Below, piece after piece: positions 20,246-30,100 of a DNA stretch of 64,000 nt. The notes beneath the pieces were generated by a model. That model saw nothing but the letters and a program-made list of their open reading frames with translations. It searched no databases and was not told where the DNA came from. Both the position numbers and the translations under genes were made by a program. Each line of letters opens with the position of its first letter. The first letter of the stretch is position 1. Source of the DNA: an uncultured Bacilli bacterium. GTDB taxonomy: Bacteria > Bacillota_I > Bacilli_A > RF39 > UBA660. The stretch is from NCBI GenBank assembly GCA_947632395.1, contig CANRPA010000002.1:1844-65843 (forward strand). Reading direction: 5' to 3'.

Positions 20246-20668
20246 TTAACAGTTTTTTTCTAGTACTTCTTTTGTACCTTTCCAAGTTAATAACGCACAA
20301 TTTTTTCTATTAGGTTGTTTTGATATATCATTATAAACTATTGCTTCTCCTAGTGCTTGTTCATCGTATTCTTCTTCGTTAATCATTTTTTCAAAATTTT
20401 CTATTATTTTTTTTGCTTCATTAACATTTTTGCCTATTAAAGTTTTTGTCATAATTGATGTAGAACTTGTACATATAGCACATGCTTCTCCATCAAATTT
20501 AATATCTTTTATTATATTATCTTCTATTTTTAATTCTAAATCTATTTCATCTATGCAACTTTTACTATTTGTATTTATACTTATATATGAACTATCGTGT
20601 GTAAGTCCTCTATTACTGGGATTTTGATAATTTTCAAGTATAATTGCTCTTTTTAAATCTGAATCCAT
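20246..20668 (-). CDS. sufU: SUF-type Fe-S cluster assembly scaffold SufU/NifU-like
   Basis: 140 aa. ILENYQNPSNRG N-terminus and conserved Cys positions (SKSCIDEI, GEACAICTSS, NRKNCALL). Confidence 0.8.
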   Translation of the reverse strand: MDSDLKRAIILENYQNPSNRGLTHDSSYISINTNSKSCIDEIDLELKIEDNIIKDIKFDGEACAICTSSTSIMTKTLIGKNVNEAKKIIENFEKMINEEEYDEQALGEAIVYNDISKQPNRKNCALLTWKGTKEVLEKNC

Positions 20669-20784
20669 TTTATCCCTCTTTCTAGCACTATTATAATATA
20701 GTTATTTTTTTTTTACAATAAAATTTTTAGTAATTTTTTTTTATTACCGGAATATATTTAAGTGTAGAAAGAGAGGAATAAATC

Positions 20785-21045
20785 ATGGAAACACTTAAAG
20801 TTGGGACTAAATCAAATCCTAATTCAGTTGCAGGAGCTTTAGCTAATGTATTCAGAGAAAAAGGTAGTGTAGAAATACAAGCAATAGGAGCTGGCGCACT
20901 TAATCAAGCTATTAAAGCTATTGCAATTGCAAGAGGATTTGTTGCTCCATCTGGTAAAAATTTAGTATGCATCCCTGCATTCACCGATATTGTAATTGAT
21001 GGTGATGAGAGAACTGCTATTAAATTAATTGTAGAAGCTAAATAG
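20785..21045 (+). CDS. spoVS: stage V sporulation protein S
   Basis: 86 aa. METLKVGTKSNPNSVAGALA...IQAIGAGALNQAIKAIAIARGF is near-canonical SpoVS. Confidence 0.95.
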   Translation: METLKVGTKSNPNSVAGALANVFREKGSVEIQAIGAGALNQAIKAIAIARGFVAPSGKNLVCIPAFTDIVIDGDERTAIKLIVEAK

Positions 21046-21058
21046 TTTCTCATATACT

Positions 21059-21092
21059 ACAAATAGGTAAAAAATACTTATTTGTTTTTTTT
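21059..21092 (+). terminator. intrinsic terminator of spoVS
   Basis: acaaata (21059-21065) pairs with tatttgt (21079-21085), followed by an 8-T run. Loop is long, so moderate confidence. Confidence 0.45.
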
Positions 21093-21124
21093 CACTTTTA
21101 AGCTATAATATATTTGGTGATTTT

Positions 21125-22060
21125 ATGTTTAAATATAGTGATTCAAATAAAAGATATTACACCCTTGATTATTTTTATAAGCATAAATTTAATTCTAAAG
21201 TTTTCAAAGTAAGTTTAAATGCTGGGTTTACTTGTCCAAACATTGATGGAAAAGTTGGATATGGTGGATGTATATACTGTTCTAAACTTGGCAGTGGTGA
21301 ATATGCTGGAGATAAAAACAAAGATTTAAAGCTTCAATTTGATGAAGTTAAAAATATGATGTTAAAAAAATGGCCTAAAGCTAAATACATAGGTTATTTT
21401 CAGGCAAATACAAATACTTATGCTCCAATTAATGTATTGAAAGAAAAATTTGAGACTATACTTAAACTTGATAATGTAGTTGGACTTAATATTGCAACGC
21501 GTGCTGACTGTATTACAGATGAATGTCTAGATTATTTAGAAGATTTATCTAAAAGAACTTATTTAACTATAGAACTTGGTCTTCAAACTATACATGAAAC
21601 TACATCAAAGTTTATAAATAGATGTCATACTTTAGAATGTTTTCATGATATGGTAATTAAATTAAGAGAAAAAAATATTAATGTTGTTGTACATATTATT
21701 AATGGTCTTCCATATGAAACAAAAGAAATGATGATTGATACAGTAAAATATTTAAGTAAATTGGATATACAAGGAATAAAAATACATATGCTTTCAATTT
21801 TAAAAAACACAAAATTAGCTGAAATATATAAAAAAGAAAAATTTAAACTTCTTACAAGAGAAGAATATATAGACATAGTATGTGATCAACTTGAATATTT
21901 AAGAGAAGACATTGTAATTAATAGAATTACAGGCGATCCTAAAGTAAGTGATTTAATTGAACCAGATTGGTTAATAAAAAAGGTTACAATATTAAATGAT
22001 ATTGATAAAGAGATGAAAAAAAGGAATACATATCAAGGTATTAAATATGATTCCATTTAG
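21125..22060 (+). CDS. TIGR01212-family radical SAM protein (YtqA/YhcC-like)
   Basis: FKVSLNAGFTCPNIDGKVGYGGCIYCS N-terminal Cys cluster typical of this family. 311 aa. Confidence 0.8.
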   Translation: MFKYSDSNKRYYTLDYFYKHKFNSKVFKVSLNAGFTCPNIDGKVGYGGCIYCSKLGSGEYAGDKNKDLKLQFDEVKNMMLKKWPKAKYIGYFQANTNTYAPINVLKEKFETILKLDNVVGLNIATRADCITDECLDYLEDLSKRTYLTIELGLQTIHETTSKFINRCHTLECFHDMVIKLREKNINVVVHIINGLPYETKEMMIDTVKYLSKLDIQGIKIHMLSILKNTKLAEIYKKEKFKLLTREEYIDIVCDQLEYLREDIVINRITGDPKVSDLIEPDWLIKKVTILNDIDKEMKKRNTYQGIKYDSI

Positions 22061-23904
22061 TTTATTTCCATCCATTCTTTAGTTTTAATTTCTATTTGTT
22101 CCTGTAATTCTTCTATTTGTTTTGATATTTTCTTTGATTCTATATTATCCATATATATTTCTTTTTTTAGTAATTCTTGATTTAATTGTTTAACTTTATC
22201 TTCTAATTTTATTATTTCGTTTTCTAATTTTTTTGTATTTTTTTCATTATTTTTAATATCTTTATTAGATATTTTTTCTTTATAGTTTACTTGTTCTAAT
22301 ACTTTTTTCTCTTTTTTCTTTTGTAAATATTCTTCATATCCAAACATATAATAATCTACTGTATCATTATTAAAAACAAGTAATTTATTACATACGTTTT
22401 TAATTAAATATCTATCATGACTTACTAATATTATTGTTCCTTTATAATCTTTAAGTAATTTTTCTATTTGTTCTTTATTTATTATATCTAAATGATTAGT
22501 TGGTTCATCTAATATTAAAAGATTAGGTTGACTATTTAATATTTTGGCAAGACTTACTCTAACCTTTTCTCCACCTGATAAATTATTTATTTTTTTAAAT
22601 ACATCATCGCCACTAAATCCAAATGCTCCTAATAAATTTCTTATTTCATTCGAGGTCATATTTTTAAAACTCGAATCTATTTCTTCGTATATTGTATTTT
22701 CTAAATTTAAATTTTCAAAATTTTGTGAGAAGTATCCTATTTCTACTTTATCACCATATACATATTTTCCTGATAATGGAGAATACTTACCTATCAAAGT
22801 TTTAAGAAGGGTACTTTTACCACATCCATTTTCTCCTATTATTCCTATCTTATCTTGTCTTTCTACATTAAATGTCAATGTGCTTAGTAATTTATCATAA
22901 CCTATACCTAAATTTTTAACTTTTAATACTTCTTTATAGCTATCTACTTTAGGATTAAAATTTATTTTAAATGTTTTTTTATTTTCCTTTTTTGGTTTTT
23001 CTATCTTAACCATTCTTTCTATTTGTTTTAACTTAGACATTGCCATAGATGCTTTACTAGGTTTATATCTAAACTTATCAGCAATTTCTTGTAATCTTTT
23101 TATTTCTTTTTGCTGTATTTCATAATCTTTAAGTTGTTTTAAATAATCATCTTCCTTTTTTTTAATAAAGTAAGTATAATTGCCACTATATCTTTTAAGT
23201 ACACCATATTCTACATCATATATTACATTACAGATATTATCTATTAACATTCTATCGTGACTTACTAGTATTAAACTTTTATTGTAGTTTTTTAAATATT
23301 CCTCTAACCATTCTATAGTATTTATATCTAAATGATTAGTTGGTTCGTCTAATATAAGTAAATCTGGTTTACTTAAAAGTAGTTTTATAAGTGCTAATTT
23401 AGTAAGTTGACCTCCGGAAAATTCATTTAATTTTTTATTTTTATCTAGATCATTAAAACCAAATTTTTTTAACATAGTTTCATATTCTTTTTTATATGAA
23501 TATCCACCAATGTATTCATAACTACTTAGCAAATTATTATATTTATTTAGTATCTTTTCATCATATTTTGTTTCCATTATTTTTTCAATATTTTTTATTT
23601 TTTGTTCTATTTCTATTACATCTTTAAATGAATCTAATATAAATTCTAAAAGTGTTATATCTAAATTATCTTGTATTTGTTTTTGATATCCTATTTTTAA
23701 ATTTGAAGAAACTTCTACTTTTAAAGGGGCATATCCATCCTCAAGTTCTATTTCACCTATTATAGCTTTAAGAAGTGTTGTTTTACCACTGCCATTTCTA
23801 CCAACTAAACCTATTTTTTCATTATCTTTTACATAAAAATCTATATTCTCTAAAATAGTATTACCCTTTAAGGTAATACTACCATTACTTATTTTATAAT
23901 ACAT
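22057..23904 (-). CDS. ABC-F family ATPase (two NBDs, no TM) with C-terminal coiled coil
   Basis: Two Walker A sites (GRNGSGKTT, GENGCGKST), two signatures (FSGGQLTK, LSGGEKVR), inter-domain linker, K/E-rich coiled-coil tail. Confidence 0.85.
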   Translation of the reverse strand: MYYKISNGSITLKGNTILENIDFYVKDNEKIGLVGRNGSGKTTLLKAIIGEIELEDGYAPLKVEVSSNLKIGYQKQIQDNLDITLLEFILDSFKDVIEIEQKIKNIEKIMETKYDEKILNKYNNLLSSYEYIGGYSYKKEYETMLKKFGFNDLDKNKKLNEFSGGQLTKLALIKLLLSKPDLLILDEPTNHLDINTIEWLEEYLKNYNKSLILVSHDRMLIDNICNVIYDVEYGVLKRYSGNYTYFIKKKEDDYLKQLKDYEIQQKEIKRLQEIADKFRYKPSKASMAMSKLKQIERMVKIEKPKKENKKTFKINFNPKVDSYKEVLKVKNLGIGYDKLLSTLTFNVERQDKIGIIGENGCGKSTLLKTLIGKYSPLSGKYVYGDKVEIGYFSQNFENLNLENTIYEEIDSSFKNMTSNEIRNLLGAFGFSGDDVFKKINNLSGGEKVRVSLAKILNSQPNLLILDEPTNHLDIINKEQIEKLLKDYKGTIILVSHDRYLIKNVCNKLLVFNNDTVDYYMFGYEEYLQKKKEKKVLEQVNYKEKISNKDIKNNEKNTKKLENEIIKLEDKVKQLNQELLKKEIYMDNIESKKISKQIEELQEQIEIKTKEWMEIN

Positions 23905-23990
23905 AAATCAACACCTATCATTTTTATAAACTATCTTGTAAAATAGTTTTTTACTTTTTTATACAATTCAGTATAATATTTTCATTATAA

Positions 23991-25703
23991 CTATTTTTGT
24001 AATATTTGATAATATTTGTTATTTGCAATCAAATCTTTATGTGTTCCCTTTCCAACCAACTTACCATGATCAATTACTATTATTTCATCAGCCATTTTCA
24101 TTAATTCTGGTTTATGTGTAATCATTAAAATAGTATGATCTTTTTTTAAATCTTTCAAAATATTTATTATTTGTTTTGATGTATTCATATCGAGTGCAGA
24201 AGTTACTTCATCAAATAATAATACCTCAGATTTTGAAAGTAAAGTTCGTGCCAAAGCAATTAATTGTTTTTGTCCTGTTGATATATTTTCAGCATCACTA
24301 ACTAATTTAGTATTATATCCATCTGGTAGGGACATTATAAAATCATGTACACCGGCTCTTTTGCAAGCATTTATTTGATGTTCTTTATTTGAATCAACTA
24401 ATGATAAATTTTCTCTTATACTCATATCAAATATAAATGGTTTTTGAGTTACAATCGATACATTACTAGAATAGACTTCTTTCGAATATTTATAAATATT
24501 TTCATTATCTAATAATATTTCACCTTTATTTGCTTTATACAATCTTAATAATAATCTAAAAATAGTTGATTTTCCACTACCACTTTTACCAACGATAGCT
24601 GTAAATGATTTAGAAGGTATTTTAAAACTTACATTTTTCATTACTTCTTGTTTTTCATAAGTAAATGAAACATTTTTAAATTCTATTTCTCCCAAAATAT
24701 CATCTGTTTGATTGTCTCCAAATTTTAACATATCTTTGGTTTTATAATTCAATACATTATATGCTCTGTCTACTCGCGTAGAATTATCTGATATATTATT
24801 CAAACACTCATGTAATTTATTGAAGTTTGATTCTATATTTTCATAATATCCTATTACTAAAACTAATGTTGCAACATCATATCTACCTTGTAAAATTAAA
24901 TATATTAGGATAAGATATATCAAAATTTTCCCAAATCCTAAAATTGTAGGAACTAAAACATAAATATTATCATTATACTTTCTTTTTTTAAAATAATTTT
25001 TTCTCCATTGTTTTTTATAGTCATCAAGATATCCAGAAATTTCTTCTTTAATGTTAAATGATTTTATTTCTTTGTTCCCATCTAGTACTTGTCCCATTAA
25101 ACCAGATATACTATCTTGATATTTTCTTTGATTCGATAAATAATAATTCTTCTTTTGTATATTTTTTCCTAAAACATATAGAGAAATGATATTTAAAATT
25201 AGTGTAACTATACAAATATATATATTTACGCTAGCAAGGATAAATAAAACAATTACTATAGTTATAAGTTCATTCAATGCATCAAATGCTTGATCTGGAA
25301 TTTGATAAATTTTACCAACATCATTGAATGCTGTGTTTACTATATATGGTACTGAAATTTTTTTAGAAAAATTTTCATCGTAAGTTGTTACTTTATCCAT
25401 TATCAATTGTTGAAATTTATTATGAGTAAACATTGAATTTTTTTCATAAGCAACATAATTATAATGATGACACAATACATAAAATAAACTACATCCCAAA
25501 AATACAAATATACATATTAACATTGTTTTGTAATCACTATTTGTTGCATATTCAACAATTTTTGAAGCAACAAACGGAATAAGTAAAAAAGATGAACTTC
25601 TTAGAAATGATGTAAAAAACAAATAAAACAAATATTTTTTATTATTAGCGCCTAATGAAAAATATTTTTTTACTATTAAATAATATTGCTTAATCATTAT
25701 CAA
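23991..25703 (-). CDS. ABC transporter permease/ATP-binding protein (exporter half-transporter)
   Basis: N-terminal 6-TM domain. GKSGSGKST Walker A, STGQKQL signature, LLFDEVTSALD Walker B. Confidence 0.85.
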   Translation of the reverse strand: MIMIKQYYLIVKKYFSLGANNKKYLFYLFFTSFLRSSSFLLIPFVASKIVEYATNSDYKTMLICIFVFLGCSLFYVLCHHYNYVAYEKNSMFTHNKFQQLIMDKVTTYDENFSKKISVPYIVNTAFNDVGKIYQIPDQAFDALNELITIVIVLFILASVNIYICIVTLILNIISLYVLGKNIQKKNYYLSNQRKYQDSISGLMGQVLDGNKEIKSFNIKEEISGYLDDYKKQWRKNYFKKRKYNDNIYVLVPTILGFGKILIYLILIYLILQGRYDVATLVLVIGYYENIESNFNKLHECLNNISDNSTRVDRAYNVLNYKTKDMLKFGDNQTDDILGEIEFKNVSFTYEKQEVMKNVSFKIPSKSFTAIVGKSGSGKSTIFRLLLRLYKANKGEILLDNENIYKYSKEVYSSNVSIVTQKPFIFDMSIRENLSLVDSNKEHQINACKRAGVHDFIMSLPDGYNTKLVSDAENISTGQKQLIALARTLLSKSEVLLFDEVTSALDMNTSKQIINILKDLKKDHTILMITHKPELMKMADEIIVIDHGKLVGKGTHKDLIANNKYYQILQK

Positions 25704-27432
25704 ACACCCCTATTCTACTTGGTGATTTTCTTGATTGTAACATTTGATAAATTTCATTTCTTTCAATCAATTGTTTATGAGTACCAACGTCATTAATTTT
25801 TCCTTTATCTAAAACAACAATTCTATCTGCTTCTTTCATTAAATCTGGTTTCTTTGTAATCATAATTATCGTATGATCTTTTTTCAAATTATTTATTAAT
25901 TTAGGAACTAATTTAGCAGTATCAGGATCTAAAGCCGTCGTAATATCATCTAGTAGTAATACTTCTGCATCAGATAAAATTGTTCTAGCAATAGAAATCA
26001 TTTGTTTTTGACCACCAGATATATTACTTCCGTTTTCTCTTAAAATTGTATTATATCCATTAGGTAATGTCTCAATAAATTCATGTATACCTGCTTTTTT
26101 ACATGCTTCTATTTGGTGTTCTCTATTTGAATCTACAAAATCAAGATTTCTTCTAATACTCATATTAAATATAAATGGTTTTTGATTTACAACAGAAACA
26201 TTACTAGAATAAGTTTCTTTTGAAAAATCATATATATTTATGTTATCTAAAGTTATTTTACCTTTTGTTGGTTCAAATAATCTTAATAACAAATTAAATA
26301 ATACTGTTTTTCCAGAACCAGCCTCTCCAACGATTGCTACAACCTCATTATGATCTATTTTTAAATTTATATTATGTAATACTTCTACATCTTTAAACTT
26401 TAATGATACATTTTTAAATTCTATCATTCCATAAATATCATTTGTATCTATTGTTCCAAATTTTATTTCTTTGGAATCGTAGTTAAGAATATCATTAACT
26501 CTGTTAACAGCTGTATTGACTTCTCTAATTGTTGAAGTTGCACTAATAAGAGTATCTATATAATCTACTAAATATTCATGATATGAAACTATTAGCACAA
26601 GACCACTTACATCAATCTTTTTCTGAAATAGTAAAATCAACAATACTATATAAAGCAAAAATCTAAATATATAGATAATAACTTTTACATCATTATCCCT
26701 TAAAGTATAATAATGTCTTTTTATACTATAATTTTTACTAAATTTGCTTTGAATAATATTTAATTTTCCTTTTAATTTAGGTAACATATTAAATGTTTTA
26801 ATTTCCTGTAAACCTGATACAATTTGAGTAAGTAATGTACTATATTTATCATCTTGTATTACAACCTTATTATGATAATAATTAATTTTTCTATCAAATT
26901 TATTTCTATATATTATATAAATAATTGAAAATAATATTAAAATAAATGCAAGATATATATTATAAAAAAACACTATTAATAATACAACAATAATTTGAAT
27001 TGTTCCCATCAAAACTTCTGAAATTCTATCATTCATATCTCCAATATCAATAATGTCAGAATTTATTGAATTCATAAGTCTTCCTTTACTAATAAATCTA
27101 GTAAAATTGTTATCAACTGATACTAACTTATTTAATACTTTATTTGTTAATTTATCATAACAATAATTTATACTAAAACCATATACTTTATAATTTATAT
27201 ATAATGAGATATTGTATAAAACATAAGTTATAAAAAAAGCAATTAAACAATAATATGACATTTGTTCATTTCCATCAGTTAAATATTTAATAATCATTGA
27301 AGCAATAAGAGGTAACAAAATTGAAAATCCTTTATAAAAAAATGCTGATAAAATATTAATAACAACATACTTAATTTTTAATTCAGCTAACTTTAGATAG
27401 TCTTTAATAAAATTGTAATATTCCTTTATCAT
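25690..27432 (-). CDS. ABC transporter permease/ATP-binding protein (partner half-transporter)
   Basis: Paralog of the downstream gene. GEAGSGKT Walker A, ISGGQKQM signature, LLLDDITTALD. 14-nt overlap implies a heterodimeric pair. Confidence 0.85.
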   Translation of the reverse strand: MIKEYYNFIKDYLKLAELKIKYVVINILSAFFYKGFSILLPLIASMIIKYLTDGNEQMSYYCLIAFFITYVLYNISLYINYKVYGFSINYCYDKLTNKVLNKLVSVDNNFTRFISKGRLMNSINSDIIDIGDMNDRISEVLMGTIQIIVVLLIVFFYNIYLAFILILFSIIYIIYRNKFDRKINYYHNKVVIQDDKYSTLLTQIVSGLQEIKTFNMLPKLKGKLNIIQSKFSKNYSIKRHYYTLRDNDVKVIIYIFRFLLYIVLLILLFQKKIDVSGLVLIVSYHEYLVDYIDTLISATSTIREVNTAVNRVNDILNYDSKEIKFGTIDTNDIYGMIEFKNVSLKFKDVEVLHNINLKIDHNEVVAIVGEAGSGKTVLFNLLLRLFEPTKGKITLDNINIYDFSKETYSSNVSVVNQKPFIFNMSIRRNLDFVDSNREHQIEACKKAGIHEFIETLPNGYNTILRENGSNISGGQKQMISIARTILSDAEVLLLDDITTALDPDTAKLVPKLINNLKKDHTIIMITKKPDLMKEADRIVVLDKGKINDVGTHKQLIERNEIYQMLQSRKSPSRIGVFDND

Positions 27433-27539
27433 AATTTAGACACCTCATGTTACCATTCTACCATATTTTTGTCGTATTTTGTATATTTTTGCATTTAAAA
27501 AAACTAAATTTAGTTTCTTTATAAATTTAGTTTTAATTA

Positions 27540-28169
27540 CTACAAATTTTCCTTTATTTCTGGAAATAAATTATAGAGATTATATCCTAATAAATTATCA
27601 AAGTATTCTTTTAATTTAAGTGTTTCTACAATGTGATAATGGGTTTTATCAAATACACCATGCCTTATTAATAAATCAATCATTCTCTTTTCTACAGTCA
27701 AAGTTTTAGTTGTACACATTAAATCACATAGATTAATTATTTTCTCTTCTAATGAATATTCATTTTTAATATACTCTTTAAAAAAATTATAATTAGGATT
27801 TGATTTGTCAGTTTCATCTCTATCATTAGATATACAATCAATATCATTATTTAAAAATGAATGTTTTATACAAATACCAGCATACTCTTCATCATATCCT
27901 AATTTTTTTATATAATTATATCCATTTATAGCATGAGGAAATACTCCACCATTTTCATTAAACCTTTTTCCTATATCGTGAACATAACCGAGTGTGATTG
28001 TTTTATCAATATCAACTCCAATGCCTTTTTTAACTAGTGCTTTTGCAATTTTTCCAGCAGTATCTCCAACACATATTGAGTGATTTATCCATCTATCATC
28101 TTTTGCATTTTGTCTTTCCATTTCTAAAATTTTTTTTGCTTCTTTACTTGTTAGTTTCATAAATGTCAC
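27540..28169 (-). CDS. HD/HDIG-domain phosphohydrolase
   Basis: H...HD metal-binding pattern (WINHSICV ... LGYVHDIGK). 209 aa. Confidence 0.6.
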   Translation of the reverse strand: MTFMKLTSKEAKKILEMERQNAKDDRWINHSICVGDTAGKIAKALVKKGIGVDIDKTITLGYVHDIGKRFNENGGVFPHAINGYNYIKKLGYDEEYAGICIKHSFLNNDIDCISNDRDETDKSNPNYNFFKEYIKNEYSLEEKIINLCDLMCTTKTLTVEKRMIDLLIRHGVFDKTHYHIVETLKLKEYFDNLLGYNLYNLFPEIKENL

Positions 28170-28662
28170 CTATATTATCTACAATTATTCCTTTTATACC
28201 ATTCTTAATTAAAAGTCTAATAACATCTTTTCTATCATCTATAAATAGTATTTCATCTAAATTACAATTGTTAATTCTTTGAATAATTTTTACTCCTTTT
28301 AATTTCAACTCTTGTGATGCGGTAGATATAACTTCAATATCTTTTCCATAATATTTATTAACAAAAAACTGCTTAGCTTTTAGGTGAAATGATAATTTCA
28401 TTCCAGTTAAACAATACATTTTTATTTTTTTACTTCTTAAAATACTTGTAAAATTATATAACTCTTCTGATCTTACACAAGGTTCTATTTTATCATAAAA
28501 ACAATCTGGATTTTTATAAGCATTTTCATAATAACTTAAAAATTTTTCTTCACTCTCACTGCGATGTTTTGAAAAATCTTTATCTTTATGAATAGCTAGG
28601 GTGTCATCAAAATCAAAAATAACCACCTTTATATTATCTAAATTTATATCACTTAATTTCAT
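28144..28662 (-). CDS. HAD-superfamily hydrolase
   Basis: VVIFDFDDTLA (DxDxT motif I) and FIDDRKD (motif IV-like). Start moved to the ATG at 28662 (MKLSD). The track start is a GTG inside the SD GGTGAT. Confidence 0.55.
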   Translation of the reverse strand: MKLSDINLDNIKVVIFDFDDTLAIHKDKDFSKHRSESEEKFLSYYENAYKNPDCFYDKIEPCVRSEELYNFTSILRSKKIKMYCLTGMKLSFHLKAKQFFVNKYYGKDIEVISTASQELKLKGVKIIQRINNCNLDEILFIDDRKDVIRLLIKNGIKGIIVDNIGDIYETNK

Positions 28663-28849
28663 TATTATCACCTATTTTTTTAAATAAATCATTGAAAATT
28701 TTATTTATGTCAATATAATTTACCATTGTTATTTTATGATTGTTTTCAGTTAATTCGTAAGATGTATCATCTTTAATATTTGGACAACTTATATTTATAC
28801 TTTTAAACCAATCTTTATTTATCATATAGCAATAACGGATATATCCCAA
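28649..28849 (-). pseudogene. displaced C-terminal fragment of the nucleoside hydrolase domain (frameshift remnant, not an independent gene)
   Basis: YMINKDWFKSI... continues the upstream protein (...TIWDISVIA) across a 1-nt frame change, restoring the IUNH C-terminal pattern D..V.AY.I.P..F. Confidence 0.55.
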
Positions 28850-30087
28850 ATAGTTCGCCTTTCTGTTATTCCATGATATCCATCATTATAAAATCTATCA
28901 ATTAAATAATTACATAGTTCACTTTTATCTTTCAAATAATGATTTAGTTCATATACTGATGTTATTAAATTAGATGCAACATTTTTACAAGGAATTATAG
29001 TTAATTTAACTTTTGATTCAAATACTATTCTTACAGCATTTACATCTTGTTTAAAATTAAATTCTAAATTATCATTTTGTAATAGACTATGTCCTCCTAA
29101 CCAAATAACCTCTATTTTGTCAATTATTTTAGGTTCTTTTTTAATTGCTAATGCAACATTCGTAATTGCACCTATTGCCATAATATAAATTTTATTATTT
29201 TTAAGTGCTACTTCAATTATTTTATTAACCGCATCATTATCTTCATCATATCCATTACAAATGTAATCTTTTGCGCCTTTAAACACTTTATTTGTCGTAT
29301 CAAAATTTAACCAATTACATATTTTTAATATTTCATTATAACTTTTTTCTTGCCCTTCTGTTATTGATTCATTGTATTCTTTATGGGAATAAGGTGCAAC
29401 AGTTATTGCTTCAATATTAAATATATCTTGACTTTTAATCATATAAGAAAGTGCAAATTGATCATCACATTCGTTATAAGTATCTGTATCTAATATTACA
29501 TTTATTTTTTCTTTTTTGTAATTTGTTATAAATTCATATATTTCTTCCCAATTATTTACTCTTGTATATTTTCTTTCGTTTTTATTATACTCAGTATTAA
29601 ATAATAAAGATTTAATATTTTTTTCAGAACATTTCATACATACATTAATTGAATCATCAATCATAATATCAATATTATTTTCTAAACAAGCATTTGCTTT
29701 CTCTTCATAGTTATATGCATTGGTTAAAACAAGTTTATCATATTCAATATCGTACTTTTTTAACCATTTTACAGTCATATTATATGGATCAGAATATTCT
29801 CCATTATCCCTACCACTAATAATACATATATAATTTCCATTTTCTCTTAATTTTTTTATATATTTAGAACAATCTTTAATTGGCTCAAATAAATCTGCTA
29901 GTCTTTCAATATTTTCACTATAATATTGTTTTTCTTCATCTTCTGACCAATCAAACATTTTTCTTATATAAACACCATTATTAACAATTCCATTATTTCT
30001 TAATTGTTTATCATGATTAATATAATTATCTAATAATACTTCATTAAAATTAGATAAAACATTATCAATATCTACACCTATTCTCAT
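28822..30087 (-). CDS. fusion protein: NT5C-type 5'(3')-deoxyribonucleotidase + inosine/uridine-preferring nucleoside hydrolase (3' end frameshifted)
   Basis: N-terminus MRIGVDIDNVLSNF (HAD DxDxV) as in the NT5C family. From about residue 195, VILDTDTYNECDDQFALSYM matches the DxDxxxDD IUNH signature. Confidence 0.65.
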   Translation of the reverse strand: MRIGVDIDNVLSNFNEVLLDNYINHDKQLRNNGIVNNGVYIRKMFDWSEDEEKQYYSENIERLADLFEPIKDCSKYIKKLRENGNYICIISGRDNGEYSDPYNMTVKWLKKYDIEYDKLVLTNAYNYEEKANACLENNIDIMIDDSINVCMKCSEKNIKSLLFNTEYNKNERKYTRVNNWEEIYEFITNYKKEKINVILDTDTYNECDDQFALSYMIKSQDIFNIEAITVAPYSHKEYNESITEGQEKSYNEILKICNWLNFDTTNKVFKGAKDYICNGYDEDNDAVNKIIEVALKNNKIYIMAIGAITNVALAIKKEPKIIDKIEVIWLGGHSLLQNDNLEFNFKQDVNAVRIVFESKVKLTIIPCKNVASNLITSVYELNHYLKDKSELCNYLIDRFYNDGYHGITERRTIWDISVIAI

Positions 30088-30100
30088 TTTAACTCCATTA

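Noticed and set aside
20229-20261. 12-bp perfect palindrome agaaaaaaactg…cagtttttttct around the sufU stop codon, considered as a terminator.
   Set aside because: The stem is almost entirely A:U with only three G/C-containing pairs, and no free U-tract follows on the minus strand. It is too weak to call confidently.
23930-23965. Hairpin aaactat…atagttt plus a T-run on the plus strand downstream of the ABC-F start region.
   Set aside because: It is oriented for plus-strand termination where no plus-strand gene exists. The stem is AT-only and it is probably fortuitous.
28811-28860. Programmed -1 ribosomal frameshift joining the nucleoside-hydrolase ORFs.
   Set aside because: There is no slippery heptamer or obvious downstream stimulatory structure at the junction. 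A single-base deletion or assembly indel is the simpler explanation.
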